64,000 nt of DNA from Patescibacteria group bacterium (GTDB taxonomy: Bacteria > Patescibacteriota > Minisyncoccia > Phycocordibacterales > PALSA-1337), in contig JAZKBV010000002.1 in assembly GCA_040388415.1 (NCBI GenBank), positions 136,131 to 200,130 on the forward strand, given 5' to 3'. Shown here in pieces: positions 63,980-64,000 of this stretch (the stretch's first letter is position 1; the number at the start of each line of letters is the position of its first letter). The notes under the pieces were generated by a model that did no database searches, was not told the origin of the DNA, and was given only the letters and a program-made list of their open reading frames with translations. A program made the position numbers and the translations under genes.

Positions 63980-64000
63980 TCAGAAAGTTGACTACTACTG

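Noticed and set aside
1-64000. tRNA genes, rRNA genes and CRISPR arrays
   Set aside because: I scanned all intergenic regions above 60 nt for cloverleaf ends and GTTCGAATC-type T-loops, and for regularly spaced direct repeats. I found nothing supportable. Without a tRNAscan-type tool I cannot fully exclude a divergent tRNA.

Overview
This 64 kb window comes from a low-to-moderate GC (about 45%) bacterial genome with hallmarks of a small-genome lineage. Weak Shine-Dalgarno usage, missing L30, infA and rpmJ, a split ComEC and a type IV pilus locus are compatible with Candidate Phyla Radiation/Patescibacteria, but that placement is inference. The backbone is the conserved str/S10/spc ribosomal super-operon (rpsL, rpsG, fusA, tuf, rpsJ through rplB, rpsS through rplE, rpsN through rplO, secY, adk, map) on the + strand, and it is interrupted at five places by accessory cassettes. 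(1) A DUF5678-like mini-protein with a retropepsin-like aspartic protease and an AT-rich gene sits between rpsG and fusA. (2) An 8 kb island of secreted surface proteins sits between fusA and tuf. (3) An aminotransferase, a GlcG/DUF336-like gene and a DAP-decarboxylase-fold gene sit between rplB and rpsS, with their own terminator and a re-supplied promoter for rpsS. (4) A Pif1-family helicase, a proline-rich membrane protein, an orphan MazF/PemK-like toxin and folC sit between rplE and rpsN. (5) A transsulfuration PLP enzyme with a structured leader sits between secY and adk. Upstream of this lie a type IV pilus locus (pilB and pilC convergent with three pilin genes and a large non-pilin protein), glycolysis genes (tpiA, pgk), recJ, rnhA, and a ComEC split into two genes that share a conserved upstream element. 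Downstream lie ndk, a beta-CASP ribonuclease, a TrpC-like gene, rplT-rpmI-infC, a cardiolipin synthase/PLD and smpB. I found no rRNA or CRISPR array and could not support any tRNA call. Several rho-independent terminators, candidate promoters, palindromic operators, candidate riboswitch/attenuator leaders and a candidate small structured RNA are called from sequence.
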